Below, piece by piece: positions 1 through 10,633 of a DNA stretch of 64,000 nt; positions within the stretch are counted from its first letter, which is position 1; each line of letters opens with the position of its first letter. Source of the stretch: a bacterium. Lineage in GTDB: Bacteria; RBG-13-61-14; DATKZS01. The DNA is taken from contig CAXXFL010000007.1 of NCBI GenBank assembly GCA_963674965.2, positions 544,001 through 608,000 on the forward strand. The letters run 5' to 3'. The notes below the pieces were generated by a model that worked only from the letters and a program-made list of their open reading frames with translations, did no database searches and was not told the origin of the DNA. The position numbers and the translations under genes were made by a program.

Positions 1-2
1 CC

Positions 3-1667
3 CAATATAAAGAGTTTGTTGCCGATTTCGGTGATCCAAAATATCCAACATTATCTTTTTGGTCTTCTTCTTACCGGTGCGGCCCTAAAAGTCCGGTAGA
101 TAAAGATGAAATAAAAAAGATGTCAATGGATGATCTTATTGGCTATTTGATAAATTGGTTGCCGTTGAGAGAAGATACAGATATCACACCTGAGGGATTT
201 GGGAGAGTGCTTGAAAATATTATCAGAGAGAACCCATCGGAATATGCACTAAAGGCCGCAGAATTTCAACGCGTCGATCCAACATATGTACGGTTTCTTC
301 TATCGGGATTACAAGGCGCGGTTAGGGAAAAAAGAACATTCAATTGGGATACCGTCCTGGAATTATGCAAGTGGGTAATAAGCCAGCCAATAGAAATAGC
401 CGGAAGGGAAAAAAGCCCACATCTCGATTATGACCCCGACTGGAACTGGACCAGGAAAGCAATCGCTTCCATTCTTGAAGAAGGGCTAAAAGAAGGCCCA
501 TGCTCCTTGCCAATTAGCCTTAGACAAACAGTATGGGGAGTTCTTGAGCCTCTCACGGATGATTCTGATCCCACGCCAGAATATAAAACAATGTGTATTA
601 GTACAATAATGAATCCCATGAATATTTCTGTAAATACAACTCGAGGACAGGCCCTTCACTCGGTTATAGAATATGCCTTATGGATAAGAAGGTCTTATGA
701 AACGAGCCCCGATTACGACAAGCTCGCGGCTCGCGGATTTGACGATATGCCGGAGGTTAGAAAAGTATTGGAGGAGCATCTGAACACGTCCAAAGACCCT
801 GCTCTTGCTGTTCGTGCCGTTTATGGACGGCATTTCCCCTGGATTCAGCTACTCGATCCAACGTGGGCTAAAGAGCACGTTGCGGCTATTTTTCCAGGTG
901 GGAACTCCTCCCGTGCTTTATGGGACGCCGCATGGGATACATATATTTCCTTTTGCGGCCCATATGATAATGTGTTTAAAATTTTAGAAGATCAATATAG
1001 TTTAGCGATAGATAGAATGGAAGAACCCAGCGATGAACCAAGCCCGCGATCATCTCCGGAACAACGTCTTGGTGAGCATCTTATGGTCTTCTATTGGCGA
1101 GGAATCATCGGCTTCTCAGAGCAATCGGGGATTTTTTTAAAGTTTTGGCAAAACGCTCCTGCCCGCGTAAGAGCTAACGCCATTGCCTTTATTGGAGAAA
1201 GCGGTCAACAAACTGACGGTGTAGCCCCGCCTGAAGTCATCAAAAGACTAACCGAACTTTGGGAACGACGGCTTGAAGAAGCAAAGAATGCCAAGAATCC
1301 AGATGACTATATAGATGAAATCGCCAACTTCGGGTCATGGTTCATTTCCGGCAAGTATAATGAGAAATGGTCCTTGCGGCAATTGATTGAAGCGCTTCAA
1401 TTTTCCGGAAAAATCGAACCAGATCATTACGTTGTCGAGAGGCTTGCGGAAATTTCCGATAGAAATCCAGAGTGTACGGTTAAATGTTTTGAACTTATTA
1501 TCAAGGGAGATATTGAAGGCTGGTCTATATATGGCTGGCGAAATCAAGCGCGCGCCATTCTTGCGAGAGCCATGAATGAAGGAGGGATATCCCAACAGAC
1601 AGCCGAAAACATAATCAATTATTTAGGAAGCCGCAGCCATTATGACTTCAGGGACTTGCTGAAATAG
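3..1667 (+). CDS. Large hypothetical alpha-helical protein, 5'-truncated by the window edge; low GC
   Basis: Frame is open from position 3 (QYKEFVADFGDPKYP...GPKSPVDKDEIKKM) into the 515-aa ORF at 120, so the true start lies upstream. Trp-rich helical sequence; AT-richer than the flanking genes. Confidence 0.85.
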   Translation, partial: QYKEFVADFGDPKYPTLSFWSSSYRCGPKSPVDKDEIKKMSMDDLIGYLINWLPLREDTDITPEGFGRVLENIIRENPSEYALKAAEFQRVDPTYVRFLLSGLQGAVREKRTFNWDTVLELCKWVISQPIEIAGREKSPHLDYDPDWNWTRKAIASILEEGLKEGPCSLPISLRQTVWGVLEPLTDDSDPTPEYKTMCISTIMNPMNISVNTTRGQALHSVIEYALWIRRSYETSPDYDKLAARGFDDMPEVRKVLEEHLNTSKDPALAVRAVYGRHFPWIQLLDPTWAKEHVAAIFPGGNSSRALWDAAWDTYISFCGPYDNVFKILEDQYSLAIDRMEEPSDEPSPRSSPEQRLGEHLMVFYWRGIIGFSEQSGIFLKFWQNAPARVRANAIAFIGESGQQTDGVAPPEVIKRLTELWERRLEEAKNAKNPDDYIDEIANFGSWFISGKYNEKWSLRQLIEALQFSGKIEPDHYVVERLAEISDRNPECTVKCFELIIKGDIEGWSIYGWRNQARAILARAMNEGGISQQTAENIINYLGSRSHYDFRDLLK

Positions 1668-1766
1668 ACGCGGTTTTCCCCTTCCATGTCCTATGCAATT
1701 TACTATCTCCAAACCGATATAAGGGGGATCATAAGGAGAAAAAAGCAAACCGACAATTATTATCCG

Positions 1767-1800
1767 ATTCCCCCGGGCCTTTTCATTGACCCGGGGGATT
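1767..1800. terminator. Hairpin between convergent genes, likely terminator
   Basis: ATTCCCCCGGG ... CCCGGGGGATT inverted repeat between the stops at 1667 (+) and 1824 (-). Confidence 0.55.
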
Positions 1801-1823
1801 TCAGTCTGCCCTATGGCGGGGGC

Positions 1824-2321
1824 TTAGGGCGATTTGTAAAGGGGCTTGCCGCCGATCACGGCTTCCACGACATTATCCTTGTAATATCTTGCCTCGAAAA
1901 AGAACCAATCGGCCTGAAAGCCGATGACGGTATGAAATCCATTTCCCACGACCCCGCTCTGGGTCGAGGAGTAGTGATTGAACCCTGCGCCGAGATACGG
2001 GTCCACGCTCTTGTCGGTGAGGAAACGATGGCGGTAGGTCGCCATCCCAAGTATAAGCGCGTCGGCGCTGCCTTCCGCGGCGATGTACTGGAACTCTCCA
2101 CCCAGCCCGTCGGTCGGGGCGATCCAATAGGTCACGCCGAAATGTCCGCCCGCCGTGGTTGCGTCCTGGGACTCGGTCGATCGCATGTACGCGCCGGCCA
2201 GGTCTATATCCACCCTGTTTCCCTGGAAGTCGTCGTCCGCCGCCAGGGCCGCCGTCGCCAACAACATGGCCGCCAGCCCCAGGCTCGCCGCTATTTTGCT
2301 CTTCGCTGAAATTAAAGTCAT
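1824..2321 (-). CDS. Exported protein, probable small outer-membrane beta-barrel
   Basis: AGGAGG RBS; signal peptide ending ALA-A; amphipathic strands (GGHFGVTYW, PYLGAGF, FFEARYY). Confidence 0.7.
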   Translation of the reverse strand: MTLISAKSKIAASLGLAAMLLATAALAADDDFQGNRVDIDLAGAYMRSTESQDATTAGGHFGVTYWIAPTDGLGGEFQYIAAEGSADALILGMATYRHRFLTDKSVDPYLGAGFNHYSSTQSGVVGNGFHTVIGFQADWFFFEARYYKDNVVEAVIGGKPLYKSP

Positions 2322-2535
2322 AACTCTTTACCTCCTGATTATTTGTTTGGGTAATTATATCATGACGCGGCGTAAGGAAAACTCTCGGCCTCAAGTCTCC
2401 TTTTAGAGCGGGCCATGGCCAAACCCGGCCGCTAATTCCATCCGCGGAAACAACGCCCTTATTAAGCCGAATGACGTCCCCCTGTTTTTCTCGATTTCCT
2501 TTGAGATATCGCCTCTCGCGTGATAAAACAATGAA

Positions 2536-3717
2536 ATGCGGCAAAAGCAAAGGACCGGATACGGGGGGCTTATTAAAAGAGTTGTCTTTTCTCTTGCCGC
2601 CTTTGTATTCGTCTTATCGCTTCTTGATTTCATCTCGTGGCTGTTTATAAGGTCCGCTTTCGAGAAGGCTTCCCTCGAGAGCGATAAGTTCCTCGTGTTC
2701 CGTCTTCGCCCTGATGAAAAGGTCGAGTATTGCTTCGGTCAATTCTATAAGCAATGGTGGAAAAAGGGCGCCCTCAAGGAAACGCTGACCACCAACGCCG
2801 ATGGTTTCCGAGGCGAGGCGGTCCCTCCCAAAAAGGCCGGCGAGCTACGAATCGTTTGCCTGGGGGATTCTTCCACCATGGGATATGGGGTCGGCGATTC
2901 ATGGACTTATCCTTTTCTCCTCGAGTCCGAGTTGCGTGGAAAATATCCCAATACGACCATAAACGTTATCAACGCCGCCGTGATGGGATATTCTTCCCGC
3001 CAGGGCGTTTATTCGCTGAAGTCGAAATTTTTAAATTACAAACCCGACGTCGTTATCTGGGCCTTCGGGTTTAACGACCAGTCGGTCTATCCCTTCGTGG
3101 ACAATATAGACCTTAAATATGTCCCCTTCGAGCCGGGCGAGGAAATGGCGGACCCGTTCATCACGAATAGGATGTTTTTCTGGGCTTACCGGAGACCTCT
3201 GGCGCAACTTGTCCATTCCTACATATTTCCTATAATTTGGAGAGCGAAAATCGCCAAGATGATTCCCCTTATCGAAAAGGAGGGCAAGTTCCCCCCGCGC
3301 AGAAAAAAAACCAATTTGTATGAAAAAGCAAGGGTGCCGCCGGACCACTTTATCTTGAATCTCGCCGAGGTCCACGCGTTATCTAAGAAAAATAACTTCA
3401 AGCTGATCGTCCTAAACCTGTGGGGCGTGTCCGACGAGTACGGAAACGCCGCTCAAAGGTATTGCAATAATAACGATATCCCGTTTATCGATATTTCCAA
3501 AAAGTTCGGAGAAATAATTATTATGGACCCGGGGGAAAGGCCGCGGGCGTTTCAAAAGACCTTCGACCATTATTATAAAGACCAGATAAAGCCCGAGGCG
3601 CTGGAAAAATCGCCCATGCTGCTGTTGACGATGGACGGGCTGCATCCCAATAACCTCGGCAATTTAATCATAAGCAGGGTCCTGGCGTCATATATCAGCG
3701 ACAATATGAGAAGATAA
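2536..3717 (+). CDS. SGNH/GDSL hydrolase family protein with N-terminal membrane anchor
   Basis: Blocks LGDSSTMG, NAAVMGYSS, FGFND and DGLHP. Confidence 0.9.
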   Translation: MRQKQRTGYGGLIKRVVFSLAAFVFVLSLLDFISWLFIRSAFEKASLESDKFLVFRLRPDEKVEYCFGQFYKQWWKKGALKETLTTNADGFRGEAVPPKKAGELRIVCLGDSSTMGYGVGDSWTYPFLLESELRGKYPNTTINVINAAVMGYSSRQGVYSLKSKFLNYKPDVVIWAFGFNDQSVYPFVDNIDLKYVPFEPGEEMADPFITNRMFFWAYRRPLAQLVHSYIFPIIWRAKIAKMIPLIEKEGKFPPRRKKTNLYEKARVPPDHFILNLAEVHALSKKNNFKLIVLNLWGVSDEYGNAAQRYCNNNDIPFIDISKKFGEIIIMDPGERPRAFQKTFDHYYKDQIKPEALEKSPMLLLTMDGLHPNNLGNLIISRVLASYISDNMRR

Positions 3718-3760
3718 CCCGCGCTACTGAACCCGTCGCTCATTAACCGTATGGCGTCAT

Positions 3761-4192
3761 TTAAACATTCCGGCGCCAGGGGCGCGATTTGAAAAGGAGG
3801 AGGGCGCCAAGGGCGGAGAAGATGGAGTCGCCGAGGAAAAAGAACAAAGGCAGCTTATAAAGCAAACCGTAAGCGGCGCACAATACCGAGAAAAAGATCA
3901 GCATGACGCCCGAGGCGAAAATCCACCACTTGTAGCGGCTCGGGTCATCGGCGGCGATCATGAAAGTGACCCCTATCCAGATGATGAATCCGCCCATGGT
4001 CCTAAGCATGTAATTATAAAGAGGGGAAGGGGACCAGAGAGCGGGAAAAAGCTCCGACTGAAAATTAGTCATGATCCACTCCATCCAGGCAAGAGGGATA
4101 ATGACCGTGACGATGCCGGACAAAAGGAAAAGAATTCCGATGACGGACAAGATAAGGACCTGAACCGGGTCCTGAAAACGCTGCTCTTCCAT
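3761..4192 (-). CDS. Hypothetical 4-TM membrane protein
   Basis: 143-aa ORF with four hydrophobic segments. Confidence 0.75.
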   Translation of the reverse strand: MEEQRFQDPVQVLILSVIGILFLLSGIVTVIIPLAWMEWIMTNFQSELFPALWSPSPLYNYMLRTMGGFIIWIGVTFMIAADDPSRYKWWIFASGVMLIFFSVLCAAYGLLYKLPLFFFLGDSIFSALGALLLFKSRPWRRNV

Positions 4193-4319
4193 TTGGAATC
4201 CCTATTGCATTTTACGCGCCAAAGGCCGCGTGGACGCGGTCCTCCACGTCGGCGTTTCCCGTATCGATTGGGGCCGCCAGTTCAAGCTCGGCTCGGGCGA
4301 GTATGCCGGCCGTCCCGGG

Positions 4320-5106
4320 CTAAGACTTCCTTGCCCGGCGCATATAAATCACCAGCGCGAAAACTATCCAAACGATTATTCCGGCTTTCCATGATATCAG
4401 GTTAGATAAAAGCAGCATAATCAAAAACGCGATAATCGCGAAGACTAATTCGTCTAGGTCAAGTCCGCGCCTCGAGCGGGGCCGCGCCTTTTTTTTGCTC
4501 TCCTCCCGGAGCTTGGAATATGCTTTCAAAATACTTTCCGAGGCCAGGCGAGCGCGCGAGGGCGGCTCTGAGGAGGGCTCGGGGCCGTCCCCCGGGCAGG
4601 GCGTATAAATAATGTAGAATGATGGAAACAGGTATGGAAACGGTGATAGCGAGGGTACCGAAGAAACCGATCGACCAAACGATGAACGTTATTATTTCGT
4701 CCCTGCCGCCGTTGATTAGTGTATGAAGCAATACAACCAGGGCCGCGGCCGCGGCCAATATAATCGCCATGAAAATGGAATCGAGCCCCAGCCTCTTGCC
4801 CCATCCGGCGCGGACGATTATCCCGAGCGCCGCGACGCACATGATCGCCGCCGTTAAAAGACCCAAGACCCCGGCCAGGGTCTAGAAGTAAAAGCCCCAG
4901 TCGGGTCCCGCGTAGGCGAATGCGCCGTAGATGGCGGCCGGGTCCAGTTTCCAGGCCGAATTCCCCGCCGCCCCATGTAAAGACTCGACCGAGACCGACG
5001 CGATCAGCACGCCGAGCAGTCCCAGAACCAGTCCCACCGCCCACGGGGACAGCTCGGGCAGTTTAACATTGGACTCGGCGCTTATTTCGCCTTCCAGGTC
5101 TTTCAT
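4320..5106 (-). pseudogene. Disrupted membrane-protein gene (in-frame TAG plus one-base frameshift)
   Basis: AAGGAGG RBS before ATG 5106. TAG at 4884-4882 is in frame with the ORF at 4866. A frameshift in the T4 run at 4531-4528 joins to the 4529-4320 ORF. The hydrophobic pattern is continuous across both breaks. Confidence 0.7.
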
Positions 5107-5376
5107 GACTCCTCCTTGACGCTTGGGGAAAACAAGCGGCTCACTCTACGGGTTTACCGGATAGTATCACGGCGTGGCTTCAAAGGGAAAGACCATAATC
5201 CGCCATTCCGTCCCTGGAAAGGGGGCATGAAGCGCCAATACGATAGACTTGGGCGCGAGAATTGAGGCGGTGATCGGGGGGCGCTTGCATGAAAATCCAA
5301 CGGCTTACGCCGCGCGGACAAGCTATCCGCGCCACCCGCCAACCCGATCGCCATGCCCGCCCACATAGAGGATTTG

Positions 5377-6468
5377 CTATGTGGGACACATGATCGAGTC
5401 CACGTATTCCTTGAAGCGTTTTTTAAAAACGCTCTTCTCGAAGCGCATGGCGTTTCGCCGGATACGGGCCGCGTCGAAATGGCCCTCCTTGCGCTCGAAC
5501 TCCTCGATCTTATTGATGAGGGCGTCCGCGGTCTGGTCATGGAAAAACAGCCCGGTCTCTCCCTCCACCACCGTCTCGAGCGCGCCGCCCCCTCCGTACG
5601 CGATCACCGGCCTTCCCGCCATCTGCGCCTCGACGGGCACGATGCCGAAGTCCTCGGCGCCGGGGAAGATGAGGGCCCGGCAAGCGGCCAACTCTTGCCT
5701 GACTTCCTCGTCGGACAGGCGGCCCGTGAAGCTCACCTCGGGTCCGGCCATCGCTCGAAGACGGCCAAGCTCGGGTCCCTCGCCGGCCACCACCAGCTTC
5801 CGGCCCAGGCGGGAAGCGGCCTCGACGGCCAGGTCCGGCCTTTTGTAGGGTACAAGTTGGCCGAGCAGGAGGTAATGTTCTCCCTTTTGCGCGCCCGGCA
5901 TTTCGGGGAAGGGTTCCACGGGGGGATGGATGACCTCGGCGTCCCTCCCGTAATAGCTGTTAATCCGGCCCTTCACGAACTCCGAGTTGGCCACGAAATG
6001 GCCCACCTCTTGGGCGCGGGCCCGGTCCCATTCCCTCAAATAAGGCGTCAGGGCGCGGGCGGCGGCCTTCTTGAAAAAGGACTCGTTGGCCAGGTACGCG
6101 TCGGCCATGTCCCACAGGTAGCGGGGCGGCGAGTGACAGTAGCAGACGGTCACGGCGCGGCTCGAGGTCTTGACTCCCTTGATCATGGAGCCGTCGCTCA
6201 TGATGACCAGGTCGTAGCCGGTCAAATCCAGCGACCTCACGGCCGGCGGATAGAGCGGGATGAGGTTCGGATATAAGCGGGCCGCGCCCGGGAGACGATT
6301 CAGGAAAGACGCGGTTACCTTCCTTTCTCTGATGAGGTCGGAGACCCGAGTGCCGTCGTAAAAGAGGGTAAACAGGTCGGCCCCGGGAAACATCTCGAGG
6401 ATGGACTCGAGAGCCTTCTCGCCTCCCCTCATGCCGACCAGCCAGTGATGGGCCACGGCCGTCTTCAA
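5377..6468 (-). CDS. Glycosyltransferase family 4 (GT-B)
   Basis: HHWLVGMRGGE, YCHSPPRYLWD, QLVPYKR and EDFGIVPVEA motifs; start probably the TTG overlapping the upstream stop. Confidence 0.92.
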   Translation of the reverse strand: MKTAVAHHWLVGMRGGEKALESILEMFPGADLFTLFYDGTRVSDLIRERKVTASFLNRLPGAARLYPNLIPLYPPAVRSLDLTGYDLVIMSDGSMIKGVKTSSRAVTVCYCHSPPRYLWDMADAYLANESFFKKAAARALTPYLREWDRARAQEVGHFVANSEFVKGRINSYYGRDAEVIHPPVEPFPEMPGAQKGEHYLLLGQLVPYKRPDLAVEAASRLGRKLVVAGEGPELGRLRAMAGPEVSFTGRLSDEEVRQELAACRALIFPGAEDFGIVPVEAQMAGRPVIAYGGGGALETVVEGETGLFFHDQTADALINKIEEFERKEGHFDAARIRRNAMRFEKSVFKKRFKEYVDSIMCPT

Positions 6469-7610
6469 GGGAAAGCCTCCGGGCAAACCTCACGGAGAGC
6501 GGCCAGCACCTTGTCCGCGGCCCTGTCCCAGGTGAACCCCGCCGACCGCTCGAGACCCGAGGCCGAAAGCCGGGCGCGAAGCTCGGGACCACGGCTCACC
6601 TCGATCATGGCCCTGGCCATGTCCGCCGGGTCCTCCCCCTCGAAGTAAAGCGCCGCGTCGCCCAGCACCTCGGGGATCGAGGTCTTGTCGGAGCTGATGA
6701 CCGGACACCCGCAGGCCATGGCCTCGAGAGGCGGCAAACCGAAGCCCTCGTAAAGGGAGGGGAACACGAAGGCCCGGGCCGAGGAATAAAGCCCGGGCAG
6801 GTCCGCGTCCGGCGCGTAGCCGGTGAAGACGACCTTCTTCTCCATGCCCAGGGAACGGACCCTGGCCGCGACCTCGGGATAGAACCTGTCGTCCTTGTTG
6901 CCGACTATGGCCAGGACGTGGTCGGAAAGACCGGCCATCTTGAAGGCCTCGACGGCGCGGCCGACGTTTTTGTAGGGCCGCATGTCTCCCAGGCAGAGGA
7001 AGTATTTGTCCAGGCCGTATTTGCGGGGCGCGTCTCCGCCCGGCGCGGGCTTGAATTTTTCGTGGTTAACCCCGTTGGGGACCACGAAGGTCGGCTTGTC
7101 GCCCAGGCCGTAAATCCTGTCGAAGTCCCGCCTCGTGTTCTCGGAGACGAAGACAAGGGCCTCGCACGACTTGATGAGGAGGGGCAGGAAATACTTGAAA
7201 TACAGGCTCTGGCGCGGCGCGTGCTCGGGAAAGATGTAGGGAATGACGTCATGGCCGGTGATGATTTTTTTAAAGGGGCCGAAAAGGGGGGCCTCGGGCA
7301 CGGTCGAGTAAAAAAGGCGAGCGGACTCGATAGCGCTTCTCGCGGGGAGGATGGTCTGGCAATGGGCCATGCGGGCCAGGTTGCCCCGAAATCCGAGGCG
7401 GGGAGAGACGAGGCGGCTGACCTTTCTCGCCCGCGGCCCGGCCATCTCGATAATGCGCGAGGAGGCCGAGAAGACAATAAGTTCGTCTCCGGTTTTTTTC
7501 AGGATTCTGGCGGTGATCTCCTCGGTCATGACCTGGAGGCCGGTGGGCGCCCGCGAGGCGTTGGTGGCGTTAAGGACGATTTTCTTAGGGGGCAATATTT
7601 TAGGGGGCAT
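6465..7610 (-). CDS. Glycosyltransferase family 4 (GT-B)
   Basis: HDVIP, RPYKN and FPSLYEGFGLPPLEAMACG motifs; ATG at 7610 directly after the wcaJ stop. Confidence 0.92.
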   Translation of the reverse strand: MPPKILPPKKIVLNATNASRAPTGLQVMTEEITARILKKTGDELIVFSASSRIIEMAGPRARKVSRLVSPRLGFRGNLARMAHCQTILPARSAIESARLFYSTVPEAPLFGPFKKIITGHDVIPYIFPEHAPRQSLYFKYFLPLLIKSCEALVFVSENTRRDFDRIYGLGDKPTFVVPNGVNHEKFKPAPGGDAPRKYGLDKYFLCLGDMRPYKNVGRAVEAFKMAGLSDHVLAIVGNKDDRFYPEVAARVRSLGMEKKVVFTGYAPDADLPGLYSSARAFVFPSLYEGFGLPPLEAMACGCPVISSDKTSIPEVLGDAALYFEGEDPADMARAMIEVSRGPELRARLSASGLERSAGFTWDRAADKVLAALREVCPEAFP

Positions 7611-7612
7611 GT

Positions 7613-8965
7613 TCACATGGCGTTCCTGAAGCCGAAAAAGGGAGTAAGGGCGAGGATTTTCAAGTCGAGCCAAATGGACCAGTTCTCGATGTAGTACAGG
7701 TCGTACTCGATGCGGCGGTTTAGATCGGTGTTTCCCCTCAGTCCGTTCAGCTGGGCCCATCCCGTCATTCCGGGCTTGACCCAGTGTTTGTGGGCGTACC
7801 TTCCTATCTCGTCCTTGAACCTGGAGACGAACTCGGGCCTCTCGGGCCTGGGTCCGACCAGGCTCATGGAGCCGAGAAAAACGTTCACAAGCTGGGGCAA
7901 CTCGTCCAGGTTCGTTCTTCGCAGCAGGCGTCCCGCGGCCGTGACCCTGTCGTCTTCCGCCTTGGCCCAGACCGGTCCCGTGTCGGCCTCGGCGGCCTCG
8001 ATCATGGTCCTGAACTTGATTATGGTGAACTCGCGTCCGTCGTATCCGACCCTGGTCTGCGTATAGAAGACCGGCCCTTTCGAGGTGAGCTTGATGGCCA
8101 GGCCGATAATGGCGAAGAGGGGAGATGATAGCAGGAGCATGGCGAAGGACAGGGTCACGTCCAGAATCCGTTTGGTTTCCTTGCCCAGGACGGGAAGGTC
8201 CGGCGGCCTCAGGGCTATGAGGGGTATGCTTCCCAGGTTCACGCGGGAGAGGTTAAGCATGGTGCTGGGCAGGACGCCGGCGGACATGAAGACGCTGATT
8301 CCCTCCTTGTCCGCCTTGGCCAGCGCCTTTTCAATCACGCCGAACTCGTTAAGGCTGAGGTTTAAAATGACGCTGTCCACCTTGCCCTGCTCGATCATGT
8401 CCAGCGCTTGCTCGTAGTCGAGCCCGTCCTTTCCCGCCACTCCCGTCACCTTATATGAGTAATAGGGGCCGCGAGAAAGCTCGGCCATCAGCTCGGGGGT
8501 AAGCTCCGAGTCCCCGAAAATAAGGACCTTGTGGAGCGCCTCGGTCCCGTTCGCGAAAAGCCACCTTAGTTTTGCCGCGGCCAGCCGGGGTATGGCCAGG
8601 CCCAGGGGCAGGAAAATAAGGAAAAGGGTGAACACGACCCGGCTATAGGAGAACATCTTGGCGTAAAAGCCCACGACGACGAGGACGGCGAACACCTGGA
8701 GGGCGCACTTTCCCACGAGCATTATTTGGCTGATGGGATCGCTTTGTATGTGTTTTGACGAATACAGTCCGTTGGCGATGAGGACCACAAGCACGAAGGG
8801 GACCTCGATGGCGATGAGTCCCTTGTACATCTCGAGGTCCAGGTACGGGTCGGGCAGTATGACGTGTTTTTTGAGGAAAAAGGCCAGAAAAAAACAAAGT
8901 ACCATCACCGAGATATCGGAGGCCAGGAAGAGTATTCTTAAAGTTGAGGTTTGCCTGCTTATCAT
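7613..8965 (-). CDS. wcaJ: Undecaprenyl-phosphate glucose phosphotransferase (priming glycosyltransferase)
   Basis: N-terminal TMs plus a Bac_transf domain (KRILD, KFRTM, LDELPQL, SLVGPRPERP, KPGMTGWAQ, DLYYIENWS). Confidence 0.92.
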   Translation of the reverse strand: MISRQTSTLRILFLASDISVMVLCFFLAFFLKKHVILPDPYLDLEMYKGLIAIEVPFVLVVLIANGLYSSKHIQSDPISQIMLVGKCALQVFAVLVVVGFYAKMFSYSRVVFTLFLIFLPLGLAIPRLAAAKLRWLFANGTEALHKVLIFGDSELTPELMAELSRGPYYSYKVTGVAGKDGLDYEQALDMIEQGKVDSVILNLSLNEFGVIEKALAKADKEGISVFMSAGVLPSTMLNLSRVNLGSIPLIALRPPDLPVLGKETKRILDVTLSFAMLLLSSPLFAIIGLAIKLTSKGPVFYTQTRVGYDGREFTIIKFRTMIEAAEADTGPVWAKAEDDRVTAAGRLLRRTNLDELPQLVNVFLGSMSLVGPRPERPEFVSRFKDEIGRYAHKHWVKPGMTGWAQLNGLRGNTDLNRRIEYDLYYIENWSIWLDLKILALTPFFGFRNAM

Positions 8966-9102
8966 TTTCCCATCCCCTCGAGCTTCCGTCTCCAGTTTGA
9001 AGGGACGAACAATCGCTTAAGGCGCTTCTTTATATTGTACCTATCTTATGGAGAGGACGGCGGCGTGTCAAGGGCGCGGGGGGGCGCGCTCGAACGGCAT
9101 AT

Positions 9103-10413
9103 TTACGGGGCGTCATTCCTGGTTCCTTGCAGGGGAACGTCGTCGGACCCCGAGGCGAAGGCCAGCCCGATCACGGTCCAATAAAGCATGCCCGGCACGC
9201 CGTCCAGGCAATAATCGAGTTGACATATGGCGGCCACCGAGGCCAGGGCCGTGAGCGCGGCGGCGTTGACCGTCGAGTCGGGGTCCTTGTTTCTTATCCA
9301 CGCCCTGGCGGCCCGGTAAAAGGCCGCCGCCCAAATCATGGCCAGGGCCAAAAGTCCCAGGGCCCCCGTCTCGACCAGGGTCTGCATGGCCACGTTATGG
9401 GCGTGCTTAAAGACCTCGCCGTTCGTTTCCGGCGGGGTGGCGTGGTAATGGATGGCCAGAGCGCTGAAGGAGTGGTGGAACCTTCCGTGTCCTATCATTT
9501 TTTGGGTCCAATCGGCCTTTTCGACTATCTCCCAGGCGATGCCCCAGGCCTTCATCCTGGACCGCGCGCTAAGGGGCGAGCGCCGGTCGGGGCCGGCGTT
9601 CAGGTACCATATGGCGCTGAGGGCGGGAGCGGCTATGAAAAAGATAAGGGCCCCCGCGACGACCTTTTGTTTCCACGCCCCGAACCTTGGCTGCGTCAGA
9701 CAGACGGCCGGGGCCGTGACGAAAAACATGACCAAAAGGACGGAGCGGGTCTTGGTCAGGAAGATGAAAAATACAAGCATGGCGGCGCCCAGCAGATTGT
9801 AAACCCTGACTCCGGGCTTGTCGGCGGCGGCCGCGACGGCTAAAAGAAGCGAGAAAATTATTAATAGCTCCTTGGCCAGCTTGGTGTGGTAGACCCGGCT
9901 AAGTATCAGCCGGCCGTCCAGGAAAGCAGAGTCCCAGGTCAAGGTCGCCGCCTGAGTCAGGTAATAACAAAGGAAGACGCTCGTGAGGACCGTCAAGTAC
10001 CTTTGAGCCCATTTTTTCCCTCGGACCCCGTAGCCGATGGCGGCGGCCATGGTCAGGCCCGGAAGGTGAATGAAGCGAGTGTCCGTCTCTCCCATGCCCG
10101 GCGGCTTGGTCCCCACCTCCGCGGCGATAACGTTGATAAGGTAAAACGCCAGCAGTCCGAAAAAGAAAACGTAATAAGGCCATTGCTCCCGGTCGTCGGG
10201 CCGGACCATGACCACCCGCCAAAAGGCCGCGATGATTATTCCCCACGATAGATACTGGCGCGCGTAGAACATGTCCGGCAAAAAAGCCATGAAGAAGGCG
10301 TGTACCGACAGAAGAGTCAAGGCTATGGCCGCCCATCTCCATTCATAACGCGCTCTTCTTTCCCGCGTAAAAAAAGACAGAGCCTCGCGCGCTTTGTCCG
10401 CCATCCTTTTCAT
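9103..10413 (-). CDS. O-antigen ligase / Wzy_C family membrane protein
   Basis: Many TMs; TKTRS, SARSRMKAW, GHG and HAHN...VETGALG motifs; start chosen at an ATG with an AGGA RBS. Confidence 0.85.
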   Translation of the reverse strand: MKRMADKAREALSFFTRERRARYEWRWAAIALTLLSVHAFFMAFLPDMFYARQYLSWGIIIAAFWRVVMVRPDDREQWPYYVFFFGLLAFYLINVIAAEVGTKPPGMGETDTRFIHLPGLTMAAAIGYGVRGKKWAQRYLTVLTSVFLCYYLTQAATLTWDSAFLDGRLILSRVYHTKLAKELLIIFSLLLAVAAAADKPGVRVYNLLGAAMLVFFIFLTKTRSVLLVMFFVTAPAVCLTQPRFGAWKQKVVAGALIFFIAAPALSAIWYLNAGPDRRSPLSARSRMKAWGIAWEIVEKADWTQKMIGHGRFHHSFSALAIHYHATPPETNGEVFKHAHNVAMQTLVETGALGLLALAMIWAAAFYRAARAWIRNKDPDSTVNAAALTALASVAAICQLDYCLDGVPGMLYWTVIGLAFASGSDDVPLQGTRNDAP

Positions 10414-10633
10414 TTTTCCTTGTAGCCCCGTGGGGCGCGTATCGTTTGTCTCGCCAAGGATCAGGGGCGTCCACGCTCGAGTCCTTATCCGTCCTGAAAT
10501 GACCACCTCAGGCGTTGGATTCAAGACAATAGTATTCCACAAATCAGGCGGCGCGTAAAAGGCGCGGGCTAAATGGATTAATTAAGAAGGGATTTCAGGG
10601 GACCATCTTCCCTGAAAAAAGCGGCGTTTCCGC

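Noticed and set aside
1686-2309. 207-aa + strand ORF, and similar long overlapping ORFs (5353-6276, 16844-18208, 36915-37907, 49809-50831, 57085-58242)
   Set aside because: Antisense shadows of well-supported genes in GC-rich DNA.
4882-4884. Pyrrolysine or amber recoding
   Set aside because: TAG is the normal stop of several genes here (1667, 49567, 59600), no pyl genes are visible, and the same gene also has a frameshift.
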